Made by a program: the position numbers and the translations under genes. This document shows, one piece after another, positions 24,501 through 39,500 of a stretch of DNA of 64,000 nucleotides (the first letter of the stretch is position 1; each line of letters opens with the position of its first letter). The stretch is taken from assembly GCA_010909165.1 (NCBI GenBank), contig MU008159.1, positions 372,001-436,000 on the forward strand, read 5' to 3'. This stretch comes from Anthoceros angustus (taxonomy: Eukaryota; Plantae; Anthocerotophyta). The notes beneath the pieces were generated by a model. That model did not search any database. It had not been told where the DNA came from and saw only the letters and a list, made by a program, of their open reading frames with translations.

Positions 24501-27500
24501 ATATATGCATTATACAATACTTTTGTAGCCATGCCATAACATTGTCTTGCTCGATTGTCTAGTGGAAGAGGTAGGACAGTGAGTTCTTGCGAGATCATTC
24601 TCCAAGGAGGACCACTGCCACCCACGATCTAATGCAGAGAGAGGCGAGGGTATACCGGAATACATTATGATGGATCCGGGCGCCGGGGCGTATGTGGAGG
24701 TGCGAAGGAGGCCGAAGAGCTAGTGTTGGAGCGAGGCGCGGTGGAGGCGCAAGTGCAGCAGTGGAGGCGCAACGCAAGCGCAGGAAGGCGCACGTGGAGG
24801 AGCAACAAGCAGTGCGTCACACAGTGGATCCGGCGGAGCTGGGATGGAGCTGGAGCGCGATATCAACCCCTGGTCATGCTTGCTCATGACCGCAGATGTT
24901 GTCTCAATAGGCGCAGGCGTAGGACAATTTTCCCATCCGAGTTGGAATTTGGCCATCCGCAGAGACACCCGAGATGCACCTCAAATTAGCAATAGGAGTA
25001 GAGATCCACTTTACAGGGGCCCATACGACTACGAGTTCCACATTCAAATGGGCACGTTCGGGGACTCCACCCTAGGAGCCCGGGGCCGGCGCTTGGGAGC
25101 GCAACCCTTAGTAGCCCAACCCTTGAGGCCGAACCCTTGGGCCCGAGCCCTTGGAACCTAAGCCCCATGCTGGAGCTAGGTGTGTCGTGGATTGCCACAC
25201 TCTTGTGTGTACTCTTTTGAGAGTAATTAATTGAGCATCAAAGTGGTTAGTACATGGCCCGCTACTTGGAGGCCTAGTGTCGTGTTTTGTAATAATCTTG
25301 TTATTTATAAAATAAAGTTCCACTCCATAACAAAACAACACAAAAAGTTCCTTCTATTTTATGAGATTCCTCAAGTTCCTTGGGTCCGAATGTATTGACG
25401 AGAACCTAAGCGTGTGTTGCTTGCAACGTATGATATAGTAAGTATCTACGCTTTGAGGAGATATCATGCTATAGTTAGTCTAACGAGATGTTGTTGTGGG
25501 TACAATTAGCCCTTGTCGCCTTCTTTAACTCATCTTCCTAAGAAAGAAAAACAATTACAGACTTTCTAAGCACGTGCGCCGAGGCGTACCAAGAAGAGGA
25601 TCAACAGATTAAAATTTTAGTCTTAGCGAAGGATAGGAGAAACTCTTTATGGAGGAAAGCAAGTAAGGATTCCATACTTTGAGACAAGTGTGAGGCAGAA
25701 TTCGGTTTAAAGATAGGACAAAATGTAGAACCATTTCGATATATTACATTAGCTTGTTCGCAAGCGGGTAATCAATTGAGGAGAGAAGATGAAGGGATGT
25801 CGCGCCCGCTTACGCCATTTGTCATGGTACCTAAACTACCAATGTAAGCACATCAAAGTTGCCCATGAGCCAAAGTTACACTAAATCGCATGCCACAGCC
25901 ACCTACTTACATTGATGGAAAATATCACCGAATGGCAAAATCAATGGACTTGATGTTATTCACTCACCCACAGACGAAGCTCACAAGATTTCGAGATACA
26001 TGTACGCACCTTGGAATCTCACTTTGAGTAACTCCTAATACAAACATCAACAATCCGGGATGCGGATTGCCTACAGATGTAGGCGCCAGCCATACCATTA
26101 ATGCACCACCGCCACCTTGAGGAGATGCCGCGGTGTCGTCGGCGCCGTCCTTGCGTTAATGGTTTTGTTCTTAGCTCTTGACTTTACTGATGCGCACCAT
26201 TTCATGTACACCATGCATCATGCAACATGCGATCAACATACACTAGCATCTCTACGGTATTTATACTATCACTATATGGTCGCTATAAAACCACGATACC
26301 ATAATTATACGGTTGCTCGGTTGCTACATGACCATACGTACATACATCTTATTGTGTGTACTCTTTTGAGAGTAATTAATTGAGCATCAAAGTGGTTAGT
26401 ACATGGCCCGCTACTTGGAGGCCTAGTGTCGTGTTTTGTAATAATCTTGTTATTTATAAAATAAAGTTCCACTCCATAACAAAACAACACAAAAAGTTCC
26501 TTCTATTTTATGAGATTCCTCAAGTTCCTTGGGTCCGAATGTATTGAGAACCTAAGCCGTGTGTTGCGCGTATGATATAGTAAGTATCTACGCTTTGAGG
26601 AGATATCATGCTATAGAATGTGTTTCAACTAGATGTTGTGGGTACAATTAGCCCTTGTCGCCTTCTTTAACTCATCTTCCTAAGAAAGAGAAAACAATTA
26701 CAGACTTTCTAAGCACGTCGCATGCACTCAAGAAGAGGATCAGCAAAATTTTAGTCTTGAAGGATAGGAGAAACTCTTTATGGAGGAAAGCAAGGATTCC
26801 ATACTTTGAGACAAGTGTGAGGCAGAATTCGGTTTAAAGATAGGACAAAATGTAGAACCATTTCGATATATTACATTAGCTTCAAAACGGTAATCAATTG
26901 AGGAGAGAAGATGAAGGGATGTCGCGCTACGCTTGCATAGTGTATGGTACCTAAACTACCAATGTATACATCAAAGTTGCCCATGAGCCAAAGTTACACT
27001 AAATCGCATGCCCCGCCACCTACTTACATTGATGGAAAATATCACCGCGAATGGCAAAATCAATGGACTTGATGTTATTCACTCACCCACACCGAGAAGC
27101 TCACAAGATTTCGAGAGATGTCCGCACCTTGGAATCTCCGCTTTGAGTAACTCCTAATACAAACATCAACAATCCGGGATGCGGATTGCCTCTGTTCTTG
27201 TAGGCGCCATCACGCCATACCATTAATGCACCCCACCTTGAGGAGATGCGGTGTCGTCGAGGCGCCGCCCTTGCGTTAATGGTTTTGTTCTTAGCTCTTG
27301 ACTTTCGCGACGCACCATTTCATGTACACCATGCATCATGCAACATGCGATCAACATACACTAGCATCTCTACGGTATTTATACTATCACTATATGGTCG
27401 CTATAAAACCACGATACCATAATTATACTCGCTATACTTGCTGTTACATGACCATACGTACATACATCTTATTGTATCACATGCCTATGCATACACATTC

Positions 27501-30500
27501 CACACACATGCATTCCTAAGTTCTAAGGCACATTCTCCGCTCGCTTGTGTGCTATGACAATCACACGCCACGTGCATAGGCATTTGGTACCTAAACTACC
27601 ATGAGCACATCAAAGTTGCGCATGAGCCAAAGTTACACTAAATCGCATGCCACGCCAACATTCATGGAAAATATCGGTGCAGAATGCTCAAAGTTTGTAC
27701 TTGTCAAAAAGCAGAGCACCACTTTGGGCACTCATGGGCAGCACAATCATGAAAGCCAATCACCGCTTGCTTATCCAACGACAATAAAAGGTACCTAACA
27801 CGGATGCGGTTAGGGTTGAGCCGATTTTCATATGCATGGCTCTCCTCATCTTGGATTGTGGCTCTGTGACTTGTCCAGCAATGAATGTGCGAACCGCTCC
27901 GTTATCATCACTACTCGAGTCCGAAACTATATATCTCACGCGGGCGTGCACCATAGGTTGAGAGGTAGTCAGCGCATATGATCATGACTTGCCGCTAAAG
28001 AGTGGCAAAGCGCTGCATGGCTTTGTCGGTCATCCCAAGTTGCCATGTCGCAAGTTGAGATCATAAGAATGGTGAGGCCACCAAACACATATATGCTGCT
28101 TTGGTAACATGAAAATGAGCAAGCCACATCCTCAAAGATTTCATGTCTCGAGGAAATTCATCAGCCCCATATCACTAAAGTGGAGGATAGTCATCAAACA
28201 CGGTGCATAAACATATGGTTTTATGTTTTGCACGCATCTTCGATTCGCAATAGGATGTCTAGACCCATGGGAGAGTTTTATGCCCCTTTGCAACTCAAAC
28301 ATATCCCGATGATTTGTGGGATAATACGCAACCGAGCACTTCATGTGGCTCATGAGACTCTATATACAACAAGAACGAGGGGTCTATTTTTGCTGGATAT
28401 TTGCGTCCTTTGATTACTTTTTCTTAATTGCCATAATATATGCAGGATGTCAAGATGCACAAGAGGGCTTTTCCTCAACGAAAAATAAATGCTATAAAGA
28501 AAAGGTACCCCATTGCCCGCATTTGGGCATACACTTGCAAAGTTTTGCTCCTTGCTCGTGAGCATATGTTGGAACCGTGGCAATATCCATGACACCACAT
28601 TGCACTGGATTAATTTTTTCAAACACCGACTCTACCTCAAGTTGTGATGCTCCCGCATGCACTTGGTATCATAGTGCATGCACACATGCATCCATGCATT
28701 ATCATGCTTTTGAAAACATACATAGTCACTGGCATCCGGCCTCGACAAGCATGTAGGACCATTTGCACCTATCTATTTAATTAGTCCTTGGTCCTCAACA
28801 AGCAAAACCATTTGTGTCTTTGTTCTCGAGGACTTTTGTACCTTTTCCATTTATCTTATAGTCTCTCGGACTTTAAAAACAAACAAACAAACAAACAAAA
28901 CCATTTGCCATCTATTGAATTAGTCCTTGGTCCTTGAAAAGCGATACCATTTGCCATCTATTGAATTAGTCCTTGGTCCTTGAAAAGCAATACCATTTGC
29001 CATCTATTGAATTAGTCCTTGGTCCTTGAAAAGCAATACCATTTGCCATCTATTGAATTAGTCCTTGGTCCTTGACAAGCAATGCCATTTGCAATCTATT
29101 TAATTAGTCTTGGGTCCTTGGTCCTTGACAAACAAGACCATTTACTATTTTATGTAATTCGTCCTTGGTCCTCGACAACCAAGACCAAATGATTTGAAAA
29201 GCTATTTTTAATAAGTCCTTGGTCCTCGACATCCAAGACCATTTGCTTAATGTCAAAATAACTATCTAGCTAGCTATATATGCATTATACAATACTTTAG
29301 GTAGCCATGCCATAACATTGTCTTGCTCGATTGTCTAGTGGAAGAGGTAGGACGAGTTCTTAGATAATTCTCCAAGGAGGACCACGCGCCACCCACCCAT
29401 CTAGTCTGGTAGAGGCGGTATACGAATACATTATGATGGATCCGGCGGCAGCGAGGATGCGTATGTGGAGGTGCGAAGGCCGAAGAGCTAGTGTTGGGCG
29501 GTAGCGGTGGAGCGCGGGAGGCATGCGGTGCGGTGGGCGCAAGCGCAGTGGCGCACGTGGAGGAGCAACAACAGCGGCGTCACGGGTGGATCCGGCGGAG
29601 CTGGGATGGAGCTGGAGCGAGTATCAACCCCGGTCATGCTTGCTCATGACCCGCAGATGTTGTCTCTCAATAGGCACGGTGGCCAGGACAATTTTCCCAT
29701 CCAGAGTTGCGAATTTGGCCATCCCTGCAGACACCAGATGCACCCTCAAATTAGCAATAGGAGTAGAGATCCACTGGGGCCCATACGACGAGAGTTCCAC
29801 ATTCAAATGGGCGTTCGGGGACTCCACCCTAGGAGCCCGGGGCGGCGCTTGGGAGCGCAACCCTTAGTAGCCCAACCCTTGAGGCCGAACCCTTGAGCCC
29901 GACCCTTGGAACCTAAGCCCGACTCGTGTTACATGTCTCACGGCCGACTATTGGCCGCCGCATGGAATAAGTAAAAAGCATACGCCGAGTCTAAATCGGA
30001 GCTAGGTGTATGCGTGGATTGCCACACTCTTGTGTGTACTCTTTTGAGAGTAATTAATTGAGCATCAAAGTGGTTAGTACATGGCCCGCTACTTGGAGGC
30101 CTAGTGTCGTGTTTTGTAATAATCTTGTTATTTATAAAATAAAGTTCCACTCCATAACAAAACAACACAAAAAGTTCCTTCTATTTTATGAGATTCCTCA
30201 AGTTCCTTGGGTCCGAATGTATTCGAGAACCTAAGCCGTGTGTTGCTTGCAACGTATGATATAGTTGTAAGTATCTACGCTTTGAGGAGATATCATGCTA
30301 TAGTTAGGCGTCTCTAACGAGTTGTTGTGGGTACAATTAGCCCTTGTCGTCTTCTTTAACTCATCTTCCTAAGAAAGAAAAACAATTACAGACTTTCTAA
30401 GCACGTAGTGCATTTGCAGTGAGACCAAGAAGAGGATCGGTGCATTAAAATTTTAGTCTTCAAATAAGGATAGGAGAAACTCTTTATGGAGGAAAGCAAG

Positions 30501-33500
30501 TAAGGATTCCATACTTTGAGACAAGTGTGAGGCAGCGATTGGTTTAAAGATAGGACAAAATGTAGAACCATTTCGATATATTACATTAGCTTGTTGCCTG
30601 CGGGTAATCAATTGAGGGAGAGAAGATGAAGGGATGTCGCGCCTACTTGCCATAGTCATGGTACCTAAACTACCAAAGCACATCAAAGTTGCCCATGAGC
30701 CAAAGTTACACTAAATCGCATGCCACACCTACTTACATTCATGGAAAATATCGGCCGAATGGCAAAAATCAATGGACTTGATGTTATTCACTCACCACAC
30801 CATGTGAAGCTCACAAGATTTCGAGATCCGTATGCACCTTGGAATCTCGCTTTGAGTAACTCCTAATACAAACATCAACAATCCGGGATGCGGATTGCCT
30901 CTGTTCTTGTAGGCTCGCGCCATACCATTAATGCACCTGCCACCTTGAGGAGATATCATGCTATAGTTAGTACTCTAACGAGTTGTTGTGGGTACAATTA
31001 GCCCTTGTCGTCTTCTTTAACTCATCTTCCTAAGAAAGAGAAAACAATTACTTTTCTAAGCGTGGTGCGCCGGTAGACCAAGAAGAGGATCGGTGCATTA
31101 AAATTTTAGTCTTCAAGGATAGGAGAAACTCTTTATGGAGGAAAGCAAGTAAGGATTCCATACTTTGAGACAAGTGTGAGGCAGCGAATTCGGTTTAAAG
31201 ATAGGACAAAATGTAGAACCATTTCGATATATTACATTAGCTTGTTCGCAAACGGGTAATCAATTGAGGAGAGAAGATGAAGGGATGTCGCCCGCATAGC
31301 CATAGTCATGGTACCTAAACTACCAAAGCACATCAAAGTTGCCCATGAGCCAAAGTTACACTAAATCGCATGCCCCGCCACCTACTTACATTCATGGAAA
31401 ATATCATGAATGGCAAAAATCAATGGACTTGATGTTATTCACTCACCCACTGGCTAAGCTCACAAGATTTGAGATCCGTATATACTTGGAATCTCGCTTT
31501 GAGTAACTCCTAATACAAACATCAACAATCCGGGATGCCCGGATTGCCTCTGTTCTTGTAGGCCGCCACGCCATACCATTAATGCACCTGCCACCTTGAG
31601 GAGATGCGCGGTGTCGTCGAGGCGTCCTTGCGTTAATGGTTTTGTTCTTAGCTCTTGACTTTCCGCGACGCACCATTTCATGTACACCATGCATCATGCA
31701 ACATGCGATCAACATACACTAGCATCTCTACGGTATTTATACTATCACTATATGGTCGCTATATAACCACGATACCATAATTATACTCGCTATACGGTTG
31801 CTACATGACCATACGTACATACATCTTATTGTGTGTATCACATGCCTATGCATACACATTCCACACATGCATTCCTAAGTTCCTAAGGCACATTCTCCCG
31901 CTCGCTTGTGTGCTATGACAATCACACGCACAGTACATAAACATCATGGTACCTAAACTACCAACAGAAGCACATCAAAGTTGCGCATGAGCCAAAGTTA
32001 CGCTAAACCGCATGCCCTGGCCACCTACTTACATTCATGGAAATTATCAGGCACGAATGGCCCCCCTGCTCAAAGTTGGGGCTGTACTTGTCAAAAACGG
32101 GAGCACCACTTTGGGCACTCATGGGCAGCACAATCATGAAAGCCAATCACCAGTTGCTTATCCAACGACAATAAAAGGTACCTAACGGATCTGCGGTTAG
32201 GGTTGAGCCGATTTTCATATGCATGGTCTCCTCATCTTGGATTGTGGCTCTGTTTGACTTGTCGAGCAATGATGCGACCGCGGCTCCGTTATCATCACTA
32301 CTCGAGTCCGAAACTATATATCTCACGGACGGCACCATAGGTTGAGAGGTAGTCAGCGCATATGATCATGACTTGCTGCTAAAGAGTGGCAAGCTGCATG
32401 GCTTTGTCGGTCCATCCCAAGTTGCCATGTCGCGAAGTTGCGATGATCATAAGAATGGTGAGGCCATAAACACATATATACCTTTGGTAACATGAAAATG
32501 AGCAAGCCACATCCTCAAAGATTTCATGTCTCGAGGAAATTCATGCCCCATATCACTAAAGTGGAGGATAGTCATCAAACACACGGTGCATAAACATATG
32601 GTTTTATGTTTTGTCGCATCTTCAATTCGCAATAGGATGTCTAGACCCATGGGAGAGTTTTATGCCCCGCCTTTGCAACTCAAACATATCCCGATGATTT
32701 GTGGGATAATACGCAACCGAGCACTTCATGTGGCTCATGAGACTCTATATACAACAAGAACCGAGGGGTCTATTTTTGCTGGATATTTACGTCCTTTGAT
32801 TACTTTTTCTTAATTGCCATAATATATGCAGGATGTCAAGATGCACAAGAGGGCTTTTCCTCACTGTAAAAATAAATGCTATAAAGAAAAGGTACCCCAT
32901 TGCCCGCATTTGGGCATACACTTGCAAAGTTTTGCTCCTTGCTCGTGAGCATATGTTGGAACCGTGGCAATATCCATGACACCACATTGCACGCTGGATT
33001 AATTTTTTCAAACACCGACTCTACCTCAAGTTGTGATGCTCCGCATGCACTTGGTATCATAGTGCATGCACACATGCATCCATGCATTATCATGCTTTTG
33101 AAAACATACATAGTCACTGGCCTCGGCCTCGACAAGCATGTAGGACCATTTGCACCTATCTATTTAATTAGTCCTTGGTCCTCAACAAGCAAAACCATTT
33201 GTGTCTTTGTTCTCGAGGACTTTTGTACCTTTTTCCATTTATCTTATAGTCTCTCGGACTTTCGCCAAAACAAACAAACAAACAAACAAAACCATTTGCC
33301 ATCTATTGAATTAGTCCTTGGTCCTTGAAAAGCGATACCATTTGCCATCTATTGAATTAGTCCTTGGTCCTTGAAAAGCAATACCATTTGCCATCTATTG
33401 AATTAGTCCTTGGTCCTTGAAAAGCAATACCATTTGCCATCTATTGAATTAGTCCTTGGTCCTTGACAATGCCATTTGCAATCTATTTAATTAGTCTTGG

Positions 33501-36500
33501 GTCCTTGGTCCTTGACAAACAAGACCATTTACTATTTATGTAATTCGTCCTTGGTCCTCGACAACCAAGACCAAATGATTTGAAAGCTATTTTTAATAAG
33601 TCCTTGGTCCTCGACATCCAAGACCATTTGCTTAATGTCAAAATAACTATCTAGCTAGCTATATATGCATTATACAATACTTTAGGTAGCCATGCCATAA
33701 CATTGTCTTGCTCGATTGTCTAGTGGAAGAGGTAGGATGTTCTTGCGAGATAATTCTCCAAGGAGGACCACGGCCGCCACCCACAAAGATCTAGTACCGT
33801 GAGAGACGAGGGTATACACCGGAATACATTATGATGGATCCGCAGCAGCAGGATGCGTGTGGAGGTGCATGAAGGAGGCCAAGAGCTAGTGTTGGGCGGT
33901 GGCAGGGAGGCGCAGTGGAGGCGCAGTGGAGGCGCAACCGCAAGCGCAGTGAAGGCGCACGTGGAGGAGCAACAAGCGGCAGTGCGTCACAGTGGATCCG
34001 TGAGCTGGGATGGAGCTGGAGCGAGTATCAACCCTGGTCATGCTTGCTCATGACCCGCAGATGTTGTCTCTCAATAGGCACGGTCAGGACAATTTTCCCA
34101 TCCGAGTTGACTTGGCCATCCTGCAGACACCCGAGATGCACCTCAAATTAGCAATAGGAGTAGAGATCCACTTTGGGGCCCATACGTCGACGAGAGTTCC
34201 ACATTCAAATGGGCACGTTGGGGACTCCACCCCTAGGAGCCCGGCCGACGCTTGGGAGCGCAACCCTTAGTAGCCCAACCCTTGAGGCCGAACCCTTGGA
34301 GCCCGACCCCTTGGAACCTAAGCCCGACTCGTGTTACATGTCTCACGAAGGCCGACCCCCTATTGGCCCATGGAATAAGTAAAAAGCATCCGGAGTCTAA
34401 ATGTGGAGCTAGGTGTATGCGTGGATTGCCACACTCTTGTGTGTACTCTTTTGAGAGTAATTAATTGAGCATCAAAGTGGTTAGTACATGGCCCGCTACT
34501 TGGAGGCCTAGTGTCGTGTTTTGTAATAATCTTGTTATTTATAAAATAAAGTTCCACTCCATAACAAAACAACACAAAAAGTTCCTTCTATTTTATGAGA
34601 TTCCTCAAGTTCCTTGGGTCCGAGTGTGATTGGCGAGAACCTAAGCCGTGTGTTGCTTGCAACGTATGATATAGTAAGTATCTACGCTTTGAGGAGATAT
34701 CATGCTATAGTTAGGCGTTTCAACGAGTCTGTTGTGGGTACAATTAGCCCTTGTCGCCTTCTTTAACTCATCTTCCTAAGAAAGAGAAAACAATTACAGA
34801 CTTTCTAAGCATTAGTGCGCTGCAAGAAGAGGATCAAGCATTAAAATTTTAGTCTTGACAGGATAGGAGAAACTCTTTATGGAGGAAAGCAAGTAAGGAT
34901 TCCATACTTTGAGACAAGTGTGAGGCAGCGGTCGGTTTAAAGATAGGACAAAATGTAGAACCATTTCGATATATTACATTAGCTTGTTGCAACGTAATCA
35001 ATTGAGGAGAGAAGATGAAGGATGTCGCGCCCGCAGTTGCATCTGTCATGGTACCTAAACTACAAGCACATCAAAGTTGCCATGAGCCAAAGTTACGCTA
35101 AACCGCATGCCCCGCCACCTACTTACATTCATGGAAAATATCAGTACGAATGGCCCCCGCTCAAAGTTGGGCTGTATTTGTCAAAACGGAGCACCACTTT
35201 GGGCACTCATGGGCAGCACAATCATGAAAGCCAATCACCGCTGTTTATCCAACGACAATAAAAGGTACCTAACACGGATCTGCGGTTAGGGTTGAGCCGA
35301 TTTTCATATGCATGGCTCTCCTCATCTTCGGATTGTGGCTCTGTTTGACTTGTCCGCAATGAATGTGCGAGGCCGAAAGCAGCATATCATCACTACTCGA
35401 GTCCGAAACTATATATCTCACGGACGTGCACCATAGGTTGAGAGGTAGTCAAGCGCATATGATCATGACTTGCCTGCTAAAGAGTGGCAGCTAACATGGC
35501 TTTGTCGGTCCATCCCAAGTTGCCATGTCGCAGGTTGCAGTGAGATCATAAGAATGGTGAGGCCACCAAACACATATATGCTCGCTTTGGTAACATGAAA
35601 ATGAGCAAGCCACATCCTCAAAGATTTCATGTCTCGAGGAAATTCATCAGCCCCATATCACTAAAGTGGACAGGGATAGTCATCAAACACACAGTGCATA
35701 AACATATGGTTTTATGTTTTGCAATACGCATCTTCAATTCGCAATAGGATGTCTAGACCCATGGGAGAGTTTTATGCCCCGCCTTTGCAACTCAAACATA
35801 TCCCGATGATTTGTGGGATAATACATGGCAGCACTTCATGTGGCTCATGAGACTCTATATACAACAAGAACCGAGGGGTCTATTTTTTGGATATTTACGC
35901 GTCCTTTGATTACTTTTCTTAATTGCCATAATATATGCGGGATGTCAAGATGCACAAGAGGGCTTTTCCTCACCTGTAAAAATAAATGCTATAAAGAAAA
36001 GGTACCCCATTGCCCGCATTTGGGCATACACTTGCAAAGTTTTGCTCCTTGCTCGTGAGCATATGTTGGAACCGTGGCAATATCCATGACACCACATTAC
36101 CTGGATTAATTTTTTCAAACACCGACTCTACCTCAAGTTGTGATGCTCCGCATGCACTGGTATCATAGTGCATGCACACATGCATCCATGCATTATCATG
36201 CTTTTGAAAACATACATAGTCACTGGCGGTCCTCGGCCTCGACAAGCATGTAGGACCATTTGCACCTATCTATTTAATTAGTCCTTGGTCCTCAACAAGC
36301 AAAACCATTTGTGTCTTTGTTCTCGAGGACTTTTGTACCTTTTTCCATTTATCTTATAGTCTCTCGACTTTCAAAAACAAACAAACAAACAAACAAAACC
36401 ATTTGCCATCTATTGAATTAGTCCTTGGTCCTGAGATACCATTTGCCATCTATTGAATTAGTCCTTGGTCCTTGAAAAGCAATACCATTTGCCATCTATT

Positions 36501-39500
36501 GAATTAGTCCTTGGTCCTTGAAAAGCAATACCATTTGCCATCTATTGAATTAGTCCTTGGTCCTTGACAAGCAATGCCATTTGCAATCTATTTAATTAGT
36601 CTTGGTCCTTGGTCCTTGACAAACAAGACCATTTACTATTTATGTAAGTCCTTGGTCCTCGACAACCAAGACCAAATGATTTGAAAAGCTATTTTTTAAT
36701 AAGTCCTTGGTCCTCGACATCCAAGACCATTTGCTTAATGTCAAAATAACTATCTAGCTAGCTATATATGCATTATACAATACTTTAGGTAGCCATGCCA
36801 TAACATTGTCTTGCTCGATTGTCTAGTGGAAGAGGTAGGACAGCGAGTTCTTGCGAGATAATTCTCCAAGGAGGACCACAGGCGCCACCCGCATCTAGCC
36901 AGGACAGGTATACACCGGAATACATTATGATGGATCCGGGCAGCAGGATGCGTATGTGGAGGTGCGAGGCGAAGAGCTAGTGTTGGGCGGGCAGTGGAGG
37001 CGCAATCGCAAGCGCAGTGGAGGCAGCTGGCGCAGTGAAGGCGCACGTGGAGGAGCAACAGCAGCAGGCGGGCGTCACAGGTGGATCAGCGGAGCTGGGA
37101 TGGAGCTGGGAGGCAGTATCCTCGGTCATGCTTGCTCATGACCCGCAGATGTTGTCTCTCAATAGGCACTGGTGGCGCGGGACAATTTTCCCATCCAGTT
37201 GTGGTGGCCATCCTGCAGACACCCGAGATGCACCCTCAAATTAGCAATAGGAGTAGAGATCCACTGGGGCCCATACGTCGCCAGAGTTCCACATTCAAAT
37301 GGGCACGCTTGGGGACTCCACCCCTAGGAGCCCGGGGCCGACGCTTGGGAGCGCAACCCTTAGTAGCCCAACCCTTGAGGCCGAACCCTTGGAGCCCGAC
37401 CCTTGGAACCTAAGCCCGACTCGTGTTACATGTCTCACGAAGGCCGACCCCTATTGGCCCGCCGCATGGAATAAGTAAAAAGCATACGCCGAGTCTAAAT
37501 GCTGGAGCTAGGTGTATGCGTGGATTGCCACACTCTTGTGTGTACTCTTTGAGAGTAATTAATTGAGCATCAAAGTGGTTAGTACATGGCCCGCTACTTG
37601 GAGGCCTAGTGTCGTGTTTTGTAATAATCTTGTTATTTATAAAATAAAGTTCCACTCCATAACAAAACAACACAAAAAGTTCCTTCTATTTTATGAGATT
37701 CCTCAAGTTCCTTGGGTCCGAGTGTATTGACGAGAACCTAAGCCGTGTGTTGCTTGCAACGATGATATAGTAAGTATCTACGCTTTGAGGAGATATCATG
37801 CTATAGTTAGTCGTTCTAACGAGCTGTTGTTGTGGGTACAATTAGCCCTTGTCGCCTTCTTTAACTCATCTTCCTAAGAAAGAGAAAAACAATTACAGAC
37901 TTTCTAAGCACGTGAGTGCGCACACAGCAAGAGGAGGATCAGATTAAAATTTTAGTCTTCAGCGAAGGATAGGAGAAACTCTTTATGGAGGAAAGCAAAT
38001 AAGGATTCCATACTTTGAGACAAGTGAGGCAGAATCGGTTTAAAGATAGGACAAAATGTAGAACCATTTCGATATATTGCTTAGCTTGTTCTGTGGGTAA
38101 TCAATTGAGGAGAGAAGATGAAGGATGTCGCGCCCGCTGTTATAGTCATGGTACCTAAACTACCAATGTATACATCAAAGTTGCCCATGAGCCAAAGTTA
38201 CGCTAAACCGCATGCCCCGCCACCTACTTACATTCATGGAAAATATCAGCACGAATGGCCCCCCACCTCAAATTAGCAATAGGAGTAGAGATCCACTGGG
38301 GCCCATACGTCGCACGAGAGTTCCACATTCAAATGGGCACGCCTGGGGACTCCACCCCTAGGAGCCCGGGCCGACGCTTGGGAGCGCAACCCTTAGTAGC
38401 CCAACCCTTGAGGCCGAACCCTTGGAGTATCATTGGAACCTAAGCCCGACTGTTACATGTCTCACGAAGGCCGACCCCTATTGGCCCGCATGGAATAAGT
38501 AAAAAGCATACGCCGAGTCTAAATGCCGGAGCTAGGTGGCGTGATTGCCACACGTACTCTTTGAGAGTAATTAATTGAGCATCAAAGTGGTTAGTACATG
38601 GCCCGCTACTTGAGGCCACAAAAGTGTCTTTTGTAATAATCTTGTTATTTATAAAATAAAGTTCCACCCATAACAAAACAACACAAGTTCCTTCTATTTT
38701 ATGAGATTCTCAAGTTCCTTGGTCCGAGTGTATTGACGAGAACCTAAGCCGTGTGTTGCTTGCAACGATGATATAGTCATAAGTATCACGCTTTGAGGAG
38801 ATATCATGCTATAGTTACCGTGGTTTCAACGAAATGTTGTTAAAATACAATTAGCCCTTGTCGCCTTCTTTAACTCATCTTCCTAAGAAAGAGAAAAACA
38901 CCATGATTTTCTAAGTTTCGCAGCGATTTTCAGGCGCATCAAGAAGAGGATCAACGATTAAAATTTTAGTCTTCAAATAAGGATAGGAGAAACTTTATGG
39001 AGGAAAGCAAGTATATTCCATACTTTGAGACAAGTGTGAGGCGCTAATTGGTTTAAAGATAGGACAAAATGTAGAACCATTTCGATATATTGCATTCCTA
39101 AGGCAAACGTACATCAATTGAGGAGAGAAGATGAAGGATGTCGCGCTTGCTGCCATGACAGAATAGTCACATGGTACCTAAACTACCAATGTACACATCA
39201 AAGTTGCGCATGAGCCAAAGTTACGCTAAACCGCATGCCCCGCCACCTACTTACATTCATGGAAAATATCAGCACGAATGGCCCCCCACCTCAAATTAGC
39301 AATAGGAGTAGAGATCCACTGGGGCCCATACGCCGCACGAGAGTTCCACATTCAAATGGGCACGCCTGGGGACTCCACCCCTAGGAGCCCGGGCCGACGC
39401 TTGGGAGCGCAACCCTTAGTAGCCCAACCCTTGAGGCCGAACCCTTGGAGTATCATTGGAACCTAAGCCCGACTGTTACATGTCTCACGAAGGCCGACCC

